Shown here: piece after piece, positions 1-15,725 of the stretch
How positions within the stretch are numbered: position 1 is the first letter of the stretch
How the letters are laid out: each line of letters starts with the position of its first letter
Assembly: GCA_013115125.1 (NCBI GenBank)
Contig: JABANN010000018.1
Coordinates: 1-64,000 of the forward strand
Reading direction: 5' to 3'
From: Perkinsus olseni
Taxonomy: Eukaryota
DNA length: 64,000 bases
Notes under the pieces: generated by a model
Told to the model about the DNA's origin: nothing
What the model saw: the letters and a program-made list of their open reading frames with translations, nothing else
Databases searched by the model: none
Made by a program: the position numbers and the translations under genes

Positions 1-175
1 AGTATGAGAACATATGATACTCTACGGTTATGAGAATATACCTGAAGAATTTTTATGACTACCATTTTCGTTGTTCACGACGACGATTATTCGGCCATTT
101 ATGTACGGCTACCTCACGTGCTCGAGGATTCGATGAGGATCGAAGTCCGACTCATTTATTCGTGATTTTTTCGAG

Positions 176-2235
176 GTGCTCCTCTTGGCGGGCAACGCTG
201 AACAGAAGGAACGCTGGCTCAAGCCACTTCTAGCTGGTCGTATTCGTAGCACATTTCTGATGACCGAGCCCAACGTCGCAAGCTCTGATGCCAGCAACAT
301 CTCCATCGACATAACAAGAGATGGAGATGATTACGTTATCAACGGTGCTGTGGGCGGAATGCGTCGAGGAATCTTCGAGTTAGCCCGCGGCCGACACTGA
401 CTTAGTCGTTTGCGACTAGCTGCATCATACGGACGTCTATTAATCCGCTGGATTCCTCTGAGCAGCGTTGGCTATGCCTCTGCTGGCCTATTAGGCAAGC
501 TGCGATACATAGAGGGCCAGTCGAACTCGCCCGGGCTCCAATCAGGGCCGTTGGAGTTGAGACTGGTGTTCCAGGCACGAAGTGGTGGTCTAGTGGTGCT
601 GTGGATGAGCGCTGTAAGGTGGGTATCCTGCTTGGCAAGGTCAATTCGGGTGAAGGGAAGCCACTGCACCAGCAACAGTCAATGCTCGTGGTACTCCTTT
701 CCTACCCTCGTAGCGGTAGTAAGGGACTACTCTCAGGTGCCGATGGATACCCCGGGCATTCGGGTGGTCCGTGCCCTCACTGTCTTCGGTTATGATGATG
801 CACCCCATGGCCATGCACTAGTAGAGCTTAACAACGTCCGACTGAAAGGGAAAGATTCTCTTCTCGCTAATGAGGGAGATGGCTTCAAGATCGCTCAGGT
901 TATCAGCCCCAGGTGCCTCCTCGCCGCACTTTGAGCCCTGTCAGGCACGGCTAGGTCCGGGCCGCATTCATCATTGCATGAGAGCCATTGGGATGGCGGA
1001 ACGTGCTTTGGAGATCGCCGTGGACCGAGCTCATAGGCGGAAGGCGTTCGGGAAGCTGTGAGGCCTTGTCTTTAAGTGGGCTAGGGAATGCAGCACTTCA
1101 GGATCGCTCATCATGGAGGGGTTATGACGGAAGTTGCTGAATGCCGTGTTGAGATTGAGGCTGCCAGAGCTTTGGTGTTGAGGGCTGCAGCAGAGATTGA
1201 TGTAGTAGAATGCTTGTTTATCACTGACGCCCTGCAAGACGGCTGGGAAGAAGCGCTAGTCGTTGGGTGTAGTAGTACTAGTGGTCAAAGGACCACTAGT
1301 TGTAGTACACTACTACTGGTAGTACTAGTCATCAAAGGACCACTAGTTGTAGTAAACTACTACTGGTAGTACTAGTCNNNNNNNNNNNNNNNNNNNNNNN
1401 NNNNNNNNNNNNNNNNNNNNNNNNNNNNNNNNNNNNNNNNNNNNNNNNNNNNNNNNNNNNNNNNNNNNNNNNNAGTCATCAAAGGGCCACTAGTTGTAGT
1501 AAACTACTACTGGTAGTACTAGTCATCAAAGGGCCACTAGTTGTAGTAAACTACTACTGGTAGTACTAGTCATCAAAGGGCCACTAGTTGTAGTACTGTC
1601 AAACCTTCTGACCTCGACGTTGTCGCTGTCAAACTTGGACTTGACATTGACATTCTTGGTGTGAACAAATCCAATATGTGTCAAACTTGCGTGTTCATAT
1701 CAAACTTGCTTGTCACATTGTCATTCTTGCCTGGTCACTTGTCAAACTTGCACGGGAAATGGTGTAGTCATCAAAGGACCACTAGTTTTACTAGTGCTGA
1801 TAGGGTCAGCCCAGCTGCTCGTTGCGTGCTCCTATCAGGCGAATGGGGTGAGGGGTGCCTACTCCAAGATAGCGGCCATAAAAGTTGTGGCCCCTAGGAT
1901 GGCCTGTAGAGTGATCGACCGTTGCATCCAGGTAGCCGCCGCTCCTGTAGAATCGTGTCTAGCTCTCTGAGTTGATAGATATGTGGTGGTGCGGGCGTCA
2001 GCGGCGACCTTGACTTGGCGTACCTCTATGCCTTGGCCCGCCCCTTGAGGATTGCAGATGGTCCTGACGCTGTGAGAATTTGCGTCTGCGGCTTTCGTAT
2101 CCTTTCTCTCTCCATGTGCATGACCCTCCGATGGCTCATTAGGTTCATCTCGCTACTGTTGCTAAGCATGAGTATCGGAAGTACGCTACGACCGCCGATA
2201 GACATGTCAACAGAGCCGCAAGCAGCCGTTTGTAG
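176..2235 (+). CDS. Acyl-CoA dehydrogenase (ACAD10/11-like), multi-exon, 5'-partial, C-terminal PTS1 (SRL)
   Basis: Exons encode [65 protein letters not shown] and LRIADGPD. The last exon reads ...[10 protein letters not shown] (TAG 2233-2235). The gene starts upstream of the window. Confidence 0.93.
1281..1597. repeat. 47-bp tandem minisatellite inside an ACAD intron, interrupted by an N gap (1378-1473)
   Basis: Unit AGTCATCAAAGG(G/A)CCACTAGTTGTAGTAAACTACTACTGGTAGTACT starts at 1474, 1521 and 1568, with copies before the gap and a partial copy near 1766. Confidence 0.92.
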
Positions 2236-2421
2236 TCATCACGCTGCGTTTTTTCACTTTTTTCTTCATTCATGCATTGCGCTACACCAGTGGGTCTGGT
2301 CGCTTTGAACGACACTCTTGTACTGCTCTCTTTCTATCGGCTGCGGAGCTTCACGCAAGGTTGATTGGCCTCGTGTTGTCGGTGAGCTTTCAGTTCACCC
2401 ACAGCGCCTCTTCGCTGTTCT

Positions 2422-4181
2422 GATGAAGCTTAGTCGACCTCTGAGATATGCTGCATCGGTCAAACGACTTACTCAGCCCAAGGCGACAACATGGAAGCGT
2501 GCCGAGCGGCAGGACTCGGAGGAACTGGTTCAGGAGCTCAGAGCGGGAGCTGTGACCAACGGCCCGCATGGTCGACCGAAGTTGCAGGAGGCAAACTCCA
2601 TGGTACCCTTTCCGCTCACTTGCTCGCAGCCATGAGACTGCTTTCCTCTCTTGCTTCCGAAACAGGGGCATCTTGGCGTTGGCAGGTGAGCAGATCCTGG
2701 CGGTCATGGCAAGACCCGAATGATGTGGCCCGAGTGCTCCGAGCTCTAGTAGGGTCCTACCGGGACGAGGGCTCCACTCCCGACCCCTCGGTGTGTCTGG
2801 ACATGCTGGCGTATCTTGAGGAGCGTATGCCCGAAATGACGGACCTTCCTGGCCTCGTGTGAGCTTTGCCATTCCCGAAAAGCCGCCCTGTCAGATGTGG
2901 CTGCCAGGCACTCTGTTGGGTTCATCTCGACTCCTGTCGGTGTGCTGCAAGATGCTAGGCTGTGTGCAGCCCGGGACAAGTTCCTCGAGAAGGCGTTCGA
3001 CAGGCTCAAGCGGAGGCATGGCAATCAGTGGAAGCGGATGGACCTCCCGCTCGTGGCTGCTGTGAAGAATTATAGACCACAGTGAGGACTGACAACCCCT
3101 TCCAGCTTTCTCAACCATCTACAGCGCTCTTCTGTAGGTACCGAGACTTCATCGTTGCCGTTCTCGATACAGCCGCTCGGGAGCTGGCAGTCGAGTATAG
3201 CCGGGAACATTCCAATTTGGCTGACTCTCTCACGAGACTGCCTGTCTTCCTACACGCCTATGCTTCCACCGAGGACACTGGCCATGCAATTGTGAATACG
3301 TCGATCAGCATCCTTTCGAGCCATGTCGATAAGGTAGCGGCCGACCCGGAATCCTCACCGCGTTCCATGGCGGCTTCGCTCCGTCGGCAGGTACCGTTTT
3401 GGGTATTATCGCGAGCCACGGCCCACTTAGCGACTATAGCAGCGCGGGAGCACAGTAACGACGCACTGATTGGCTTCTTCAGGCTGTTGACTCGGTTGGA
3501 GTGCACTGAAATTGCGGAGTTCGCCAGAGAGATATTTGCCTTCTACACCGCCCTCTGGAGGCTCAACGAGGCCCTCCATGATGAGGAAACCGAGAGCATG
3601 CGTCGTTGGCTAGGCTCCAAATTAGAGAGTCTCGCTGCGACGAAGGAGGACATCTTTTTCGACGGCTTCGCTCTGGAAAACCTTTGCGTTCTTCTGTCGG
3701 AAACTAAACTGGAAGCGAGTGAGCTTTTGCAAGAGATAGATAAACGAGTCCTGGACGAGGATGTCGCCGCACTGAGCCCGCCGGCACTCATTCAGTGTTT
3801 GAGGTAACGTTGTTGGCAGTCCTTACATGATCGTCGTCGTTACTCAGGTTATTGGGTGGGATTCCCTCGAGTCCCTCAGCGACACTGCAGAGGCGTTTGG
3901 CAGACCACATTTGTCGGGTTCAGTGGCTATCGCCCGAGGCAGTTTTGGAATTAGCAACTTACATTGAGGGGGCTCATTCCAACGCTTGGCTTGGCAGAGG
4001 CAGCGAGGGCCTCATCAGAGTGGCGGCCCGAGAGCTATACCGCGGCCTTTCGAACATGGAAGATGACATTTTGAAGAAGATATGTATGAAGCTGAGCTGT
4101 GCCACGAAGAAGATGAACGCAGATGAATATAAATTAGCCAATTTGTTGGTTGCGGAGTATAGCGATGAGCATGATACCTGA
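2422..4181 (+). CDS. Hypothetical alpha-helical protein, multi-exon, basic presequence-like N-terminus
   Basis: Consecutive + strand ORFs (MKLSRPLRYAASVKRL..., 3082-3807, 3852-4181) are separated by short GT-AG segments. No recognisable catalytic motif. Confidence 0.6.
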
Positions 4182-4258
4182 GTGTTTCAGCTTTTCTGTT
4201 TCTGGTCATCGGCTAGTTGAGTTATTTAGAGGGTGTTTTACAGTGGTGTCGGTGACTA

Positions 4259-5174
4259 TGAGTGTGTTTCCACCGGCGGGGGATGATTGCTTGGCAATGG
4301 ACATCGAGCCAGGCAGGCTCAAGATCATAAAAAATGCGACGCCCAATCTAAGGAGTCCCGTCTCGTTCCAATATTCAAACTTTGGATGGATGAGATCAGT
4401 TGAGGGGTTCGCTATTGCAAGATAGCGGGGGAGGCCCTCGTTCGGTTTAGGCCAGTGAGCTGGAACAGCATTTGTCTCTGCCCGAGCAACAACGAGGACG
4501 AGGTGTTGCTTATCCTCAACAAAAAGGAATGGGGGACTGAGGGGATGAAGAGTGTGAAACTTGTAAAGAGGCAGCCATCACCGGAGTATGCGGGGATCAC
4601 CGAGCCAATACCGATGATGGAAGACATTTGACGTCCGCGACTAAAAGGAAGAAATCGGCTCCCAGTGTTGGTTACCAAGGCTAAGAAGGCAAGGGTCGCC
4701 CCGGAGTCCTGTGTAGACGGTAACTATAACGTCGATGGCCCCGATGGTGAGAGGTCGATTTCAGTCAACGTTAGCCATGTGGAGGAAGGCATCGTAAACA
4801 TGCAGCTCTCGTTCCAGGGGAAAGACACTTACCAGCTACGAGCCTTGCTGAGTGAAGGCGCTGGCGAGAACTGGTGGAGAGCCGACACGGAGCTCGGGTC
4901 CGAAGGCAGTCCGATTATGCTCTACACTAACTTGGTGGAAACCTTAACCAGTCTAGGAGAGAACGTTGATCATTTCCACCCGGAGAGAGGGATGCTTTTC
5001 TGCTTCGATCATGGAAATGGCGTGGCTGCTTACTTCGGCGCGGAGAATCCTAACGACAGAGAAGCGCTTAAGGTGAATTTGAAACGGACGGGAGAGAGCG
5101 TTCTCCATTATACACTTTTCTTCGCTTCCCTGACCAGCCACGATCATGTAATTTACCGAAGTGATACGGGATGA
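4259..5174 (+). CDS. Hypothetical protein (start and exon structure uncertain)
   Basis: The 169-aa ORF 4665-5174 has globular-protein-like composition and there are plausible upstream coding segments. Confidence 0.4.
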
Positions 5175-6041
5175 TTCATGATATTGATACTAGCGTTGTT
5201 ATGTTCATGTTCATCATTCTGTGGCAAACGATGCATCTTGGCGTTGCAGTTCAAGAACCTTCTGGAGGACACCGATGCCTCGTTACAATACTTCGTTGTC
5301 CAAAAAACTGCAAGAACAGGAATCTTCAGGTTCGCAAGGTCGCGATAAGAACGGCACCAATAATATCGACACCACCGAAGTCTCCCTTTGTGATTAACGC
5401 GAAAGTCCAAGTAGAGACACACTAACACTCATTAACAGTCAGGCATGTCTGAGGGACACCCTCTACAGCAAGAGTTGGACAGCAGGAGCCGCTACTGACG
5501 TGGCGACTGACCCATCGTGGTCGATGAGTCCACTTGTGCGCGTTGCCTCCCCTCAACCGGCCTCGGTAGACAGCCGATGACTTCCAGATCATCTAGCAGA
5601 CGATCTACGTCGTCAATCTGGATGAGAGACCCTGCCAAGCGAAGGGAGTTAGGATGTTAGATCGTTGCGTTATCAGCGAGTACGTCGTTCACGTAGCAAA
5701 AGGTCTCTGGCCATCATGTGCGACAGCAGCGTATTGGCGATCCTCTCGAGGTTCACGACGACTTCGCCTCCCCCACCTGACACCATTCTGATACCTGGAT
5801 AGTTCACGTTCAGACTTACGCGGCTTCGGAGGGAGTTTGAAAATTTCCTGCACGTCTGCTTCGCAGTACCGACTGCCCTCAGCGGGAGCCATTGCGGATG
5901 GAAACTAAGGGAACTCGGAAACCTCAGTCATAGGGCGACTTTAACTCGACAAAGGTCACGGGAAGAGACCATGGGGAAGGCATCATTTCCATGTAATAAG
6001 TTTATCATTGCTAGATAATTCGACTAACGACCGCAGCCTCG

Positions 6042-9444
<3,403 letters not shown>

Positions 9445-10037
9445 CACTATAAGTGACTGCCCGAAGAACAACACCAGTAACCCCGACCCGAGACTCCCGT
9501 GAAGGTGACAACTAAAACACTGTCAAGAACGGGTCTCTCCCAGAAAGGGGTTGAATGAGGACTGAATACTCATGTGGTCATACACAGTGGAAGGGCCCGA
9601 GCTCTCCAATTCACGTCATACCTCGGTATCTGATATGCCGACAGCCCCGCGTAGCGGCGGCCGACTGATGGGCTTGCTGATTACCTATAGTCTCAGTCGA
9701 CTGCCTCAGAGGGGTAGAGCATCCACTGAGGGAGGGCGTCAGCGATAATGCTGGAGAGTAGACATTGATAATACGCGGCACCTAAAGGGAATCCGATGCC
9801 GGTCTGCAGCCACGATTTCATACCTCGATGTCAGTCCATCGCGAGATCTTGCTCACAGGCACGAGAGCATGGCTGTTGGCTGATGGGGTCGTCTCCTGGT
9901 TCAACCGCTCCAGCACGTCCCCGTCCGCTCCTTTCGCACACTTATGGTCGGTGGGGTCTGAAGCACTGGCGGGTTAACGTGACACCTCTCTATGATCCCT
10001 CAATACAGGGGAAGTACTCTGTTCCGCCCATCCTGTC

Positions 10038-11245
10038 CTATACCGAATAGGGCCCCCAGCAGCGCTTGCAGGCGCTAACGGCAGCGAACGTGCATTCTGG
10101 CCTACTAGTACTAATACGACTACTACAACGTCGCGAGCAAGCAACAAGCTGGATCGAATCGGATTGGAGGAGGCCCACATTGTCATTACCTGATCTGCTG
10201 CTGCTGCTGCTGGGCGAATGGGAGGTCGCCATACCCTTCCCGTTCGGGCGTTCCCTGTCTTCCGAGTACAGCTGCTGCATGCTTTCCACCTCCTCTCGCA
10301 GTGCCCTTTCCGAGTCCTTCTGCCTCTCTAGCTCCTCTTGCAGCTCCTAAATAATCGCCACCTGGCGAGCTTCTATTCCAGGGCGTCCAGTTCCAAGTGG
10401 TGACTCGTCACTCGGCAGTTCGAAGAGCCACTGCATGATAGGCTTCACTACGACTGACTTCGCCAGAAAGATACACGGCGGCCGTGAATTCTCCCTTGAA
10501 TGAGATGATGGACGCAGCCGCTGTTTCCGCCAACAGCGACCAGACCCGAACTCACCTTCACTGTACGCGACAGTGCCTCCATGTAGCTCTCCTGTTGATC
10601 CAATCTAGTCTGCATTTCCATCATCACCCGCTGCAGTTCACAGACGGCCTCCTTGTAAGAGCCCTCGCTTCCGACCTCTCCCACAGGTACAGCGCTATCG
10701 GTCTGGGGTGGTTCTTCCACTAACGCATCGACCTGAGCGCTGCTGTATGAGCCTATTACATCGGTCTCGGCATTCAACCACCTGCTCTGGTGTGGACTGA
10801 TGAGGAGACCGAGGCTTTCGAGGGACCAGATCCTCCTCGTCATCCGGCGTGGACTCCTGGACGACCGCTGCCTCCTCGGTTGGATTTGGTTCCCCCGGTG
10901 ACTCTCGCATGCTGAACGCGTTGGTCATCTTGATGATGTCAGAAGCAGCGGAACCTGAAGGGCTCTAGCACAAAACCTACGGATGCGACTACCACCATCG
11001 GAAAGATCTATGGCAGCCTCTGCCACTGTCCGGCGGGTGAGCTCTGATGAATGCTCTACTGTACCTAACCTCCACATCAGTACCAGCCAGCGGGAAGGTA
11101 AACTAAGACCTTCATAGAAGTCGCAGGTACCCTCCTTGGTTATTATGAGGACCAGCAGGGCTTCTCCTCCAGCTAGCACCCGATCACTTATCAGATCGGA
11201 GCGACGGTAATGCTCTACGGCAGTGAATCTATGACACAAAGTCAT
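10038..11245 (-). CDS. Hypothetical coiled-coil protein, multi-exon (ends approximate)
   Basis: Minus-strand segments AVCELQRVMMEMQTRLDQQESYMEAL and ELQEELERQKDSERALREEVESMQQL are separated by intron-like gaps. Confidence 0.5.
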
Positions 11246-13103
11246 GGAGGCCTGGGGGATCAGTTTCTACGTTGCGCGCCGCGAAATTCCAGAGCGCTTC
11301 CCAGGCTCCTACTACATGATTCTGTCTCTATGCTGAGCACCACCTACAACACACCACACCCCGACCAGCGGCATTGTACCTGAAGGAGGCGGCTAGATTT
11401 TCCGACTTCCACATTCAGAGGCCCCACGGGAGAGCTCATCGCCCACTAGGAGGCAGACACACTTCCGGCCCGCGTCCAGTGTGATGAATCCTGATGACAA
11501 AAATGATCCAGTCGACTGCCTCTGCTGTAATAGAGGACCGTATCGTACCGTATTCACCGATGGAGTCTCCGATGAACTCCCTCTCTGCAGACATAAGGCG
11601 AGCAGACAGTGGAGTGGGCAGTATCCGCAGCGGGTACTTCAGGGGCTTCAACAATACATGCGGGAAGTGCGACTCTAGCTCGACGTGGACAGCTGCCTCC
11701 GACTCTCTAGCAGAACGAGGGGCTTCGTACAGCGGAGCGGCAGTGCGAAACCCGCCTCACTGGCTTCCACAGCGCGAAATCCGGGGCTAGTCAGAGCACA
11801 CACTGCAGTGCGAAGAATCGAGATCCGTCGATAGCACTTGTAACCAGAGTTTTATCGCTTCTCGAGAAAACCGATAATTTTGGCCGCGGCCCGAGAAGGG
11901 GTCGGGAGATACCAAAAATACCGATACAATAAGTATAAACTCTTGCCGTTTTACTATGAATCTCTATTGCTACTGTACTCAACGGTCTTGTGTGACACAG
12001 CGAGTTGAGAACCTCTTGGCCTGTTGGAATACCGTATACCCAGTCAGAGCCCAAAACCAGGCCGTCCAGGATCGAGCTGGTGGGCGAATGCGAAGATCAA
12101 GAAAACGTCACTTTTCGCGTTGAGTGAGTTATGAAGGAATACGATGGGAAAGACGTTCTTTGTTCGATCTCCGTCGACTTGAAGTGGAGTCGCTATAGAA
12201 CGCAGGAGCAACAGCTCCACCCAGTAGGGCTGCCCTACCCAGCAGCCACTGTCCACTGCCGTCCGCAAACAGCCGAAACACATACACAGGCTTCCCAGTT
12301 GGAGGAGACGCCACTCGTATAGGACCTCTCGTCAGAAACTACGCCAAGAACTGCCTTCCAACCCTTCCTTCGTATCAGTACCAGACTGGACATCTACCCG
12401 AACCTCCACTGCGTCGACAGGCAGCTCCTTCCCTTGGCCAGCCTCGATGCTGATTTGGGGCTCTTCAGTAGTACGGTGAATGAATCTCGCCAACTGAGTT
12501 GAAAATGGAGGCCGTCCCGCCAGCAACGAAGCACCGCCGATCAGCTCACTGCAAACTGCGTTCCACTGTCTCGGTTCTGCAGCCTCTGCAGGAGGTCCCC
12601 TGTTATATACACGATATAGTGTCCAAGCACGTCCTCGAGGCATACCATACTGAGAGGAAGGCAGCCTTTTTATTAGGTCCCTGACCTCCGGAAGAGGAGC
12701 AGATTACATTTGAGTCCGCTCTTCATCTAAGGTCCTATCCCACAGTACAGCCCTGGTAGCTGGGAACCTTATACCCTCACTCCCGCTTGTACTGCTGCCG
12801 ACTAGCATAGAGAGATTATCTCCAAACCAACTTCGAGCCTACCCTTGACAGTGACAACGCAACGAGGAAGGACACTAGGCCCGATACGAGGAACAGTGGG
12901 CCAAAGTTGATGCGTTTGTATGCAGATGGCGATGCAAAAGGAGAAGGCTGACCAGGGAACAAATAGTAGAGACTAGGAGGTCTTGGTCTTCATCATCACC
13001 AAACACTCCCCCAAAGGGAGAGGATTGCTACAGCTAATGCTGTGACAGCAGCAGGGACATCTACGAGACCGAGAACTAGAAGGCTGCGTCGGACGGTCCG
13101 ATC

Positions 13104-14165
13104 TTAGTTAGAAGGGGCATGAATGAACACACGGTGACCGACGAAGAATGGGCCGAGGGACTTCATGAAGAGGGAGGTATGCTCCGTCTTGCGCATGTCC
13201 TCCACCAACTAAAAACAAGAAAGCGCTGACTCCCTCTTGTCTTGGCGTACGAGCCCTTACCTTGCTGAGGGGATAGAGATCCTTATGGATGAGAGCAATA
13301 ACGAACTCGTTATCATCGCCGTCAAGACCGTAGCAGTTCAGGCGGACATCCCAGGCACCACGCTGAAGAGTAACTCAGTGAACTCGACCAACCCATAGGG
13401 CACCTAGCTCACCTTAGAATACGCCTTGCCAATAGCAGCGTGCTCGAGCAGCATCTGGCACTGATGCTCGGGCTTCTCTTTATAGAACTTGCCCTCTCTC
13501 CTCATGGGGTACCATACAGCATACTCGGCATCCTTCATGGTCACATGACGGATGACCTTCCGAAGTAGGAAGTCCTCGAGGTCAGCCTCGTGACCGTTGG
13601 CGTAGGTCTTGCCAAGCATGGTCCATCCCTGCCTGGGCTCCAGGACATCACCAATACCCTCCAGCTGGAGGAGAGGGTTCACTACGGTGGGGAAGTGCTT
13701 CGGGTCCTCGCTCCAAGTGAGGAGACCGATGGTCCTCGGGCTGCTGACGTCGTCGTAGATGACACTGGCGATGTTCCTCCTGACCAACTCGAGCTCGAGC
13801 TTCTCGCGGGCCTGGGGCAACTTGGCCGCGTTGATGCAATCCAGGACATACAGCTGGCAGAAGAGCCGCTTCTCCATAGTCTGTCCGTTGGCTCCTTTCT
13901 CGTACAGCACAGGTCCATCAAACACCGGCATTTTAAAGTGAGCCGACTCGGACTGTCCGCCCGCCCTGGTGAGGAGGGCTGGTGCGAGGCGACGGAGAGA
14001 ACGAGGTAGAGTTATCTCTTGTTGGCGATGTCTGTACATGAGGAACCCGGCACTGAGGGCAGCGGCGACCGAGCCAGCGATAGCGAGGGGCGCTACAGGG
14101 AGGTTGGAGGTAGCTGAAGGGGTGTTGGAGGCAGAGGACATATTCAGGAGAAGTGGGACTAACAT
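13104..14165 (-). CDS. Chlorite dismutase/coproheme decarboxylase (Cld/HemQ-ChdC) family heme protein, copy 1. Exons 14165(or 14141)-13413, 13362-13261, 13208-13104
   Basis: Motifs MLGKTY, AVWYPMRR, LLEHAAIG (proximal His), DVRLNCYGLD..DNEFVI and EDMRKT..SLFMKSLGPFFVG. Two GT-AG introns splice in frame. N-terminal hydrophobic helix. Confidence 0.85.
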
Positions 14166-15725
14166 CAACAGCGAATCATCCCACTCGAGTCGGCATATCC
14201 CCTATCGAAAGTCCGCGCGTCCATGTGCCCTGCTCCCATGCCCTACTGCTGCTGCTGCTGCTGCTGCTGCACGCGGGACCTCATGCATTCCCAATCCCAC
14301 TGTACCCCAACCCTCCATTGGGGCTTGCGGACTCAGGTCCTGCCAGGGATGTGATTCGAAGGAAAGGCTAAAGCCCTTCGGGACAACTGTGTGCGCCGGA
14401 CGCTGTACGACCTCAACTAGGATGCTGCTCCTACCGCATCCCCTCCCTAGAAGCTACCCTAAACTCGATCCGGTCGATCCTAAACGCTACGAAGGAAAGC
14501 TCGATACCGTGTCACTCTGCAGCTACTCGGCAAAGCCGGAGATAGAGCTAGATCTGGTCGAAAAAAAGCAGGACAGAACTACACAACCTCGTCGTCAGCT
14601 GCGCAAAATAGGATGCCTCACACTGCGTTAGGAGGGATCTATCACCCAACGCTTCGATGCGGATGAAACCTTCTTTATTGCTGAGAACATCTTCATTGCT
14701 GTGCATGTTCATCGAAGCCATTTCCCGATTGATGCGGCCTGAAAACAGATTCCCTCACAGCCGTCAAGATATAACTGCTTTTCGTTAGAGCATTCCTCTT
14801 TCACCCTTAGTCAAGCGCAGGCTGCAAAGGGGGCAGCATCCGCGCTGGCACATTCGGGAGCAGCGAGGATGAAGACGGATGACCGCCAATGAACGAACGT
14901 GAGCGAATACTGATGAGCCCGCCACAGCACAACGCTTGTCACGCGAGTCTGGAGGACCCAAGGATGAGCTCCGCTTCGGGGGGCTGCTGAAGAGGACCTG
15001 ATACGCTAGTTGACAGGCTATATGGGTCAGCCCTTCACGCCACGAGGCTTCACACGCGGTCCAGGATATCGTCTTCCGCCAGTCACCTGGCCGACTCTGC
15101 TCAGTCTGTTTGGATGCTCTCAAGCATGCCACGCGTGGTGCTGCGCGGCCCCTCATAACAGCAGCATCGTCCTTGTGCTCTTGACGAGCTCACAACCAGA
15201 GAATCGACTACCAATCTCATCTATACAATCTACGTTCTAGCGTGACCCTAGTAGGGCACTGCACTCGCACTCGCCTTCTGTCCAACGCCCAGCCCCACCT
15301 TACTGCGCCTCTACCACGGTTTTGGTCATCGAGGGATTTTTACAACCGACACGTAGAGCGTTCGTACTTCCATAGCAATAGTACACCGGAACCCTCAAAC
15401 GCTAACCTCGGAGAGTGGCACACTGCAGGTCGTTCCGCCTCCCACCACTCTTAGTTCTTGCTGAGACCGATGGACAGCAGCCTCCCCCCTTCCCTAGCAT
15501 CAACAACGCAACTAGGGAGAAGAGTAAGACTAACCTCAATACGAGGGATTGTAGTAAAGATCGATGCTATTGTATGCAGATGGCCATGATGACCAGAGGA
15601 ACTTGCCGAGGAGGAACACATAGAAAGTACAAAGAAAAACCTCTACCTCCGAATCATCATCACCAAATACCCCCCCTACCGGGGAGGAGTGCCGCTGGGC
15701 GCTACACGAGACCAAGCGTCCGGGC

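Noticed and set aside
1281-1597. Regularly spaced palindromic repeats resembling a CRISPR array
   Set aside because: Units are head-to-tail with no unique spacers, there are no cas genes, and the array sits in a eukaryotic intron.
11436-12860. Broken minus-strand ORFs that look partly coding
   Set aside because: Could not build a consistent exon chain or recognise a domain. It may be a lineage-specific gene or a pseudogene.
14200-15500. Spacer between the Cld/ChdC copies with short Cys-containing ORFs (possible retroelement relic)
   Set aside because: No RT, RNase H or integrase motifs and no terminal repeats seen.
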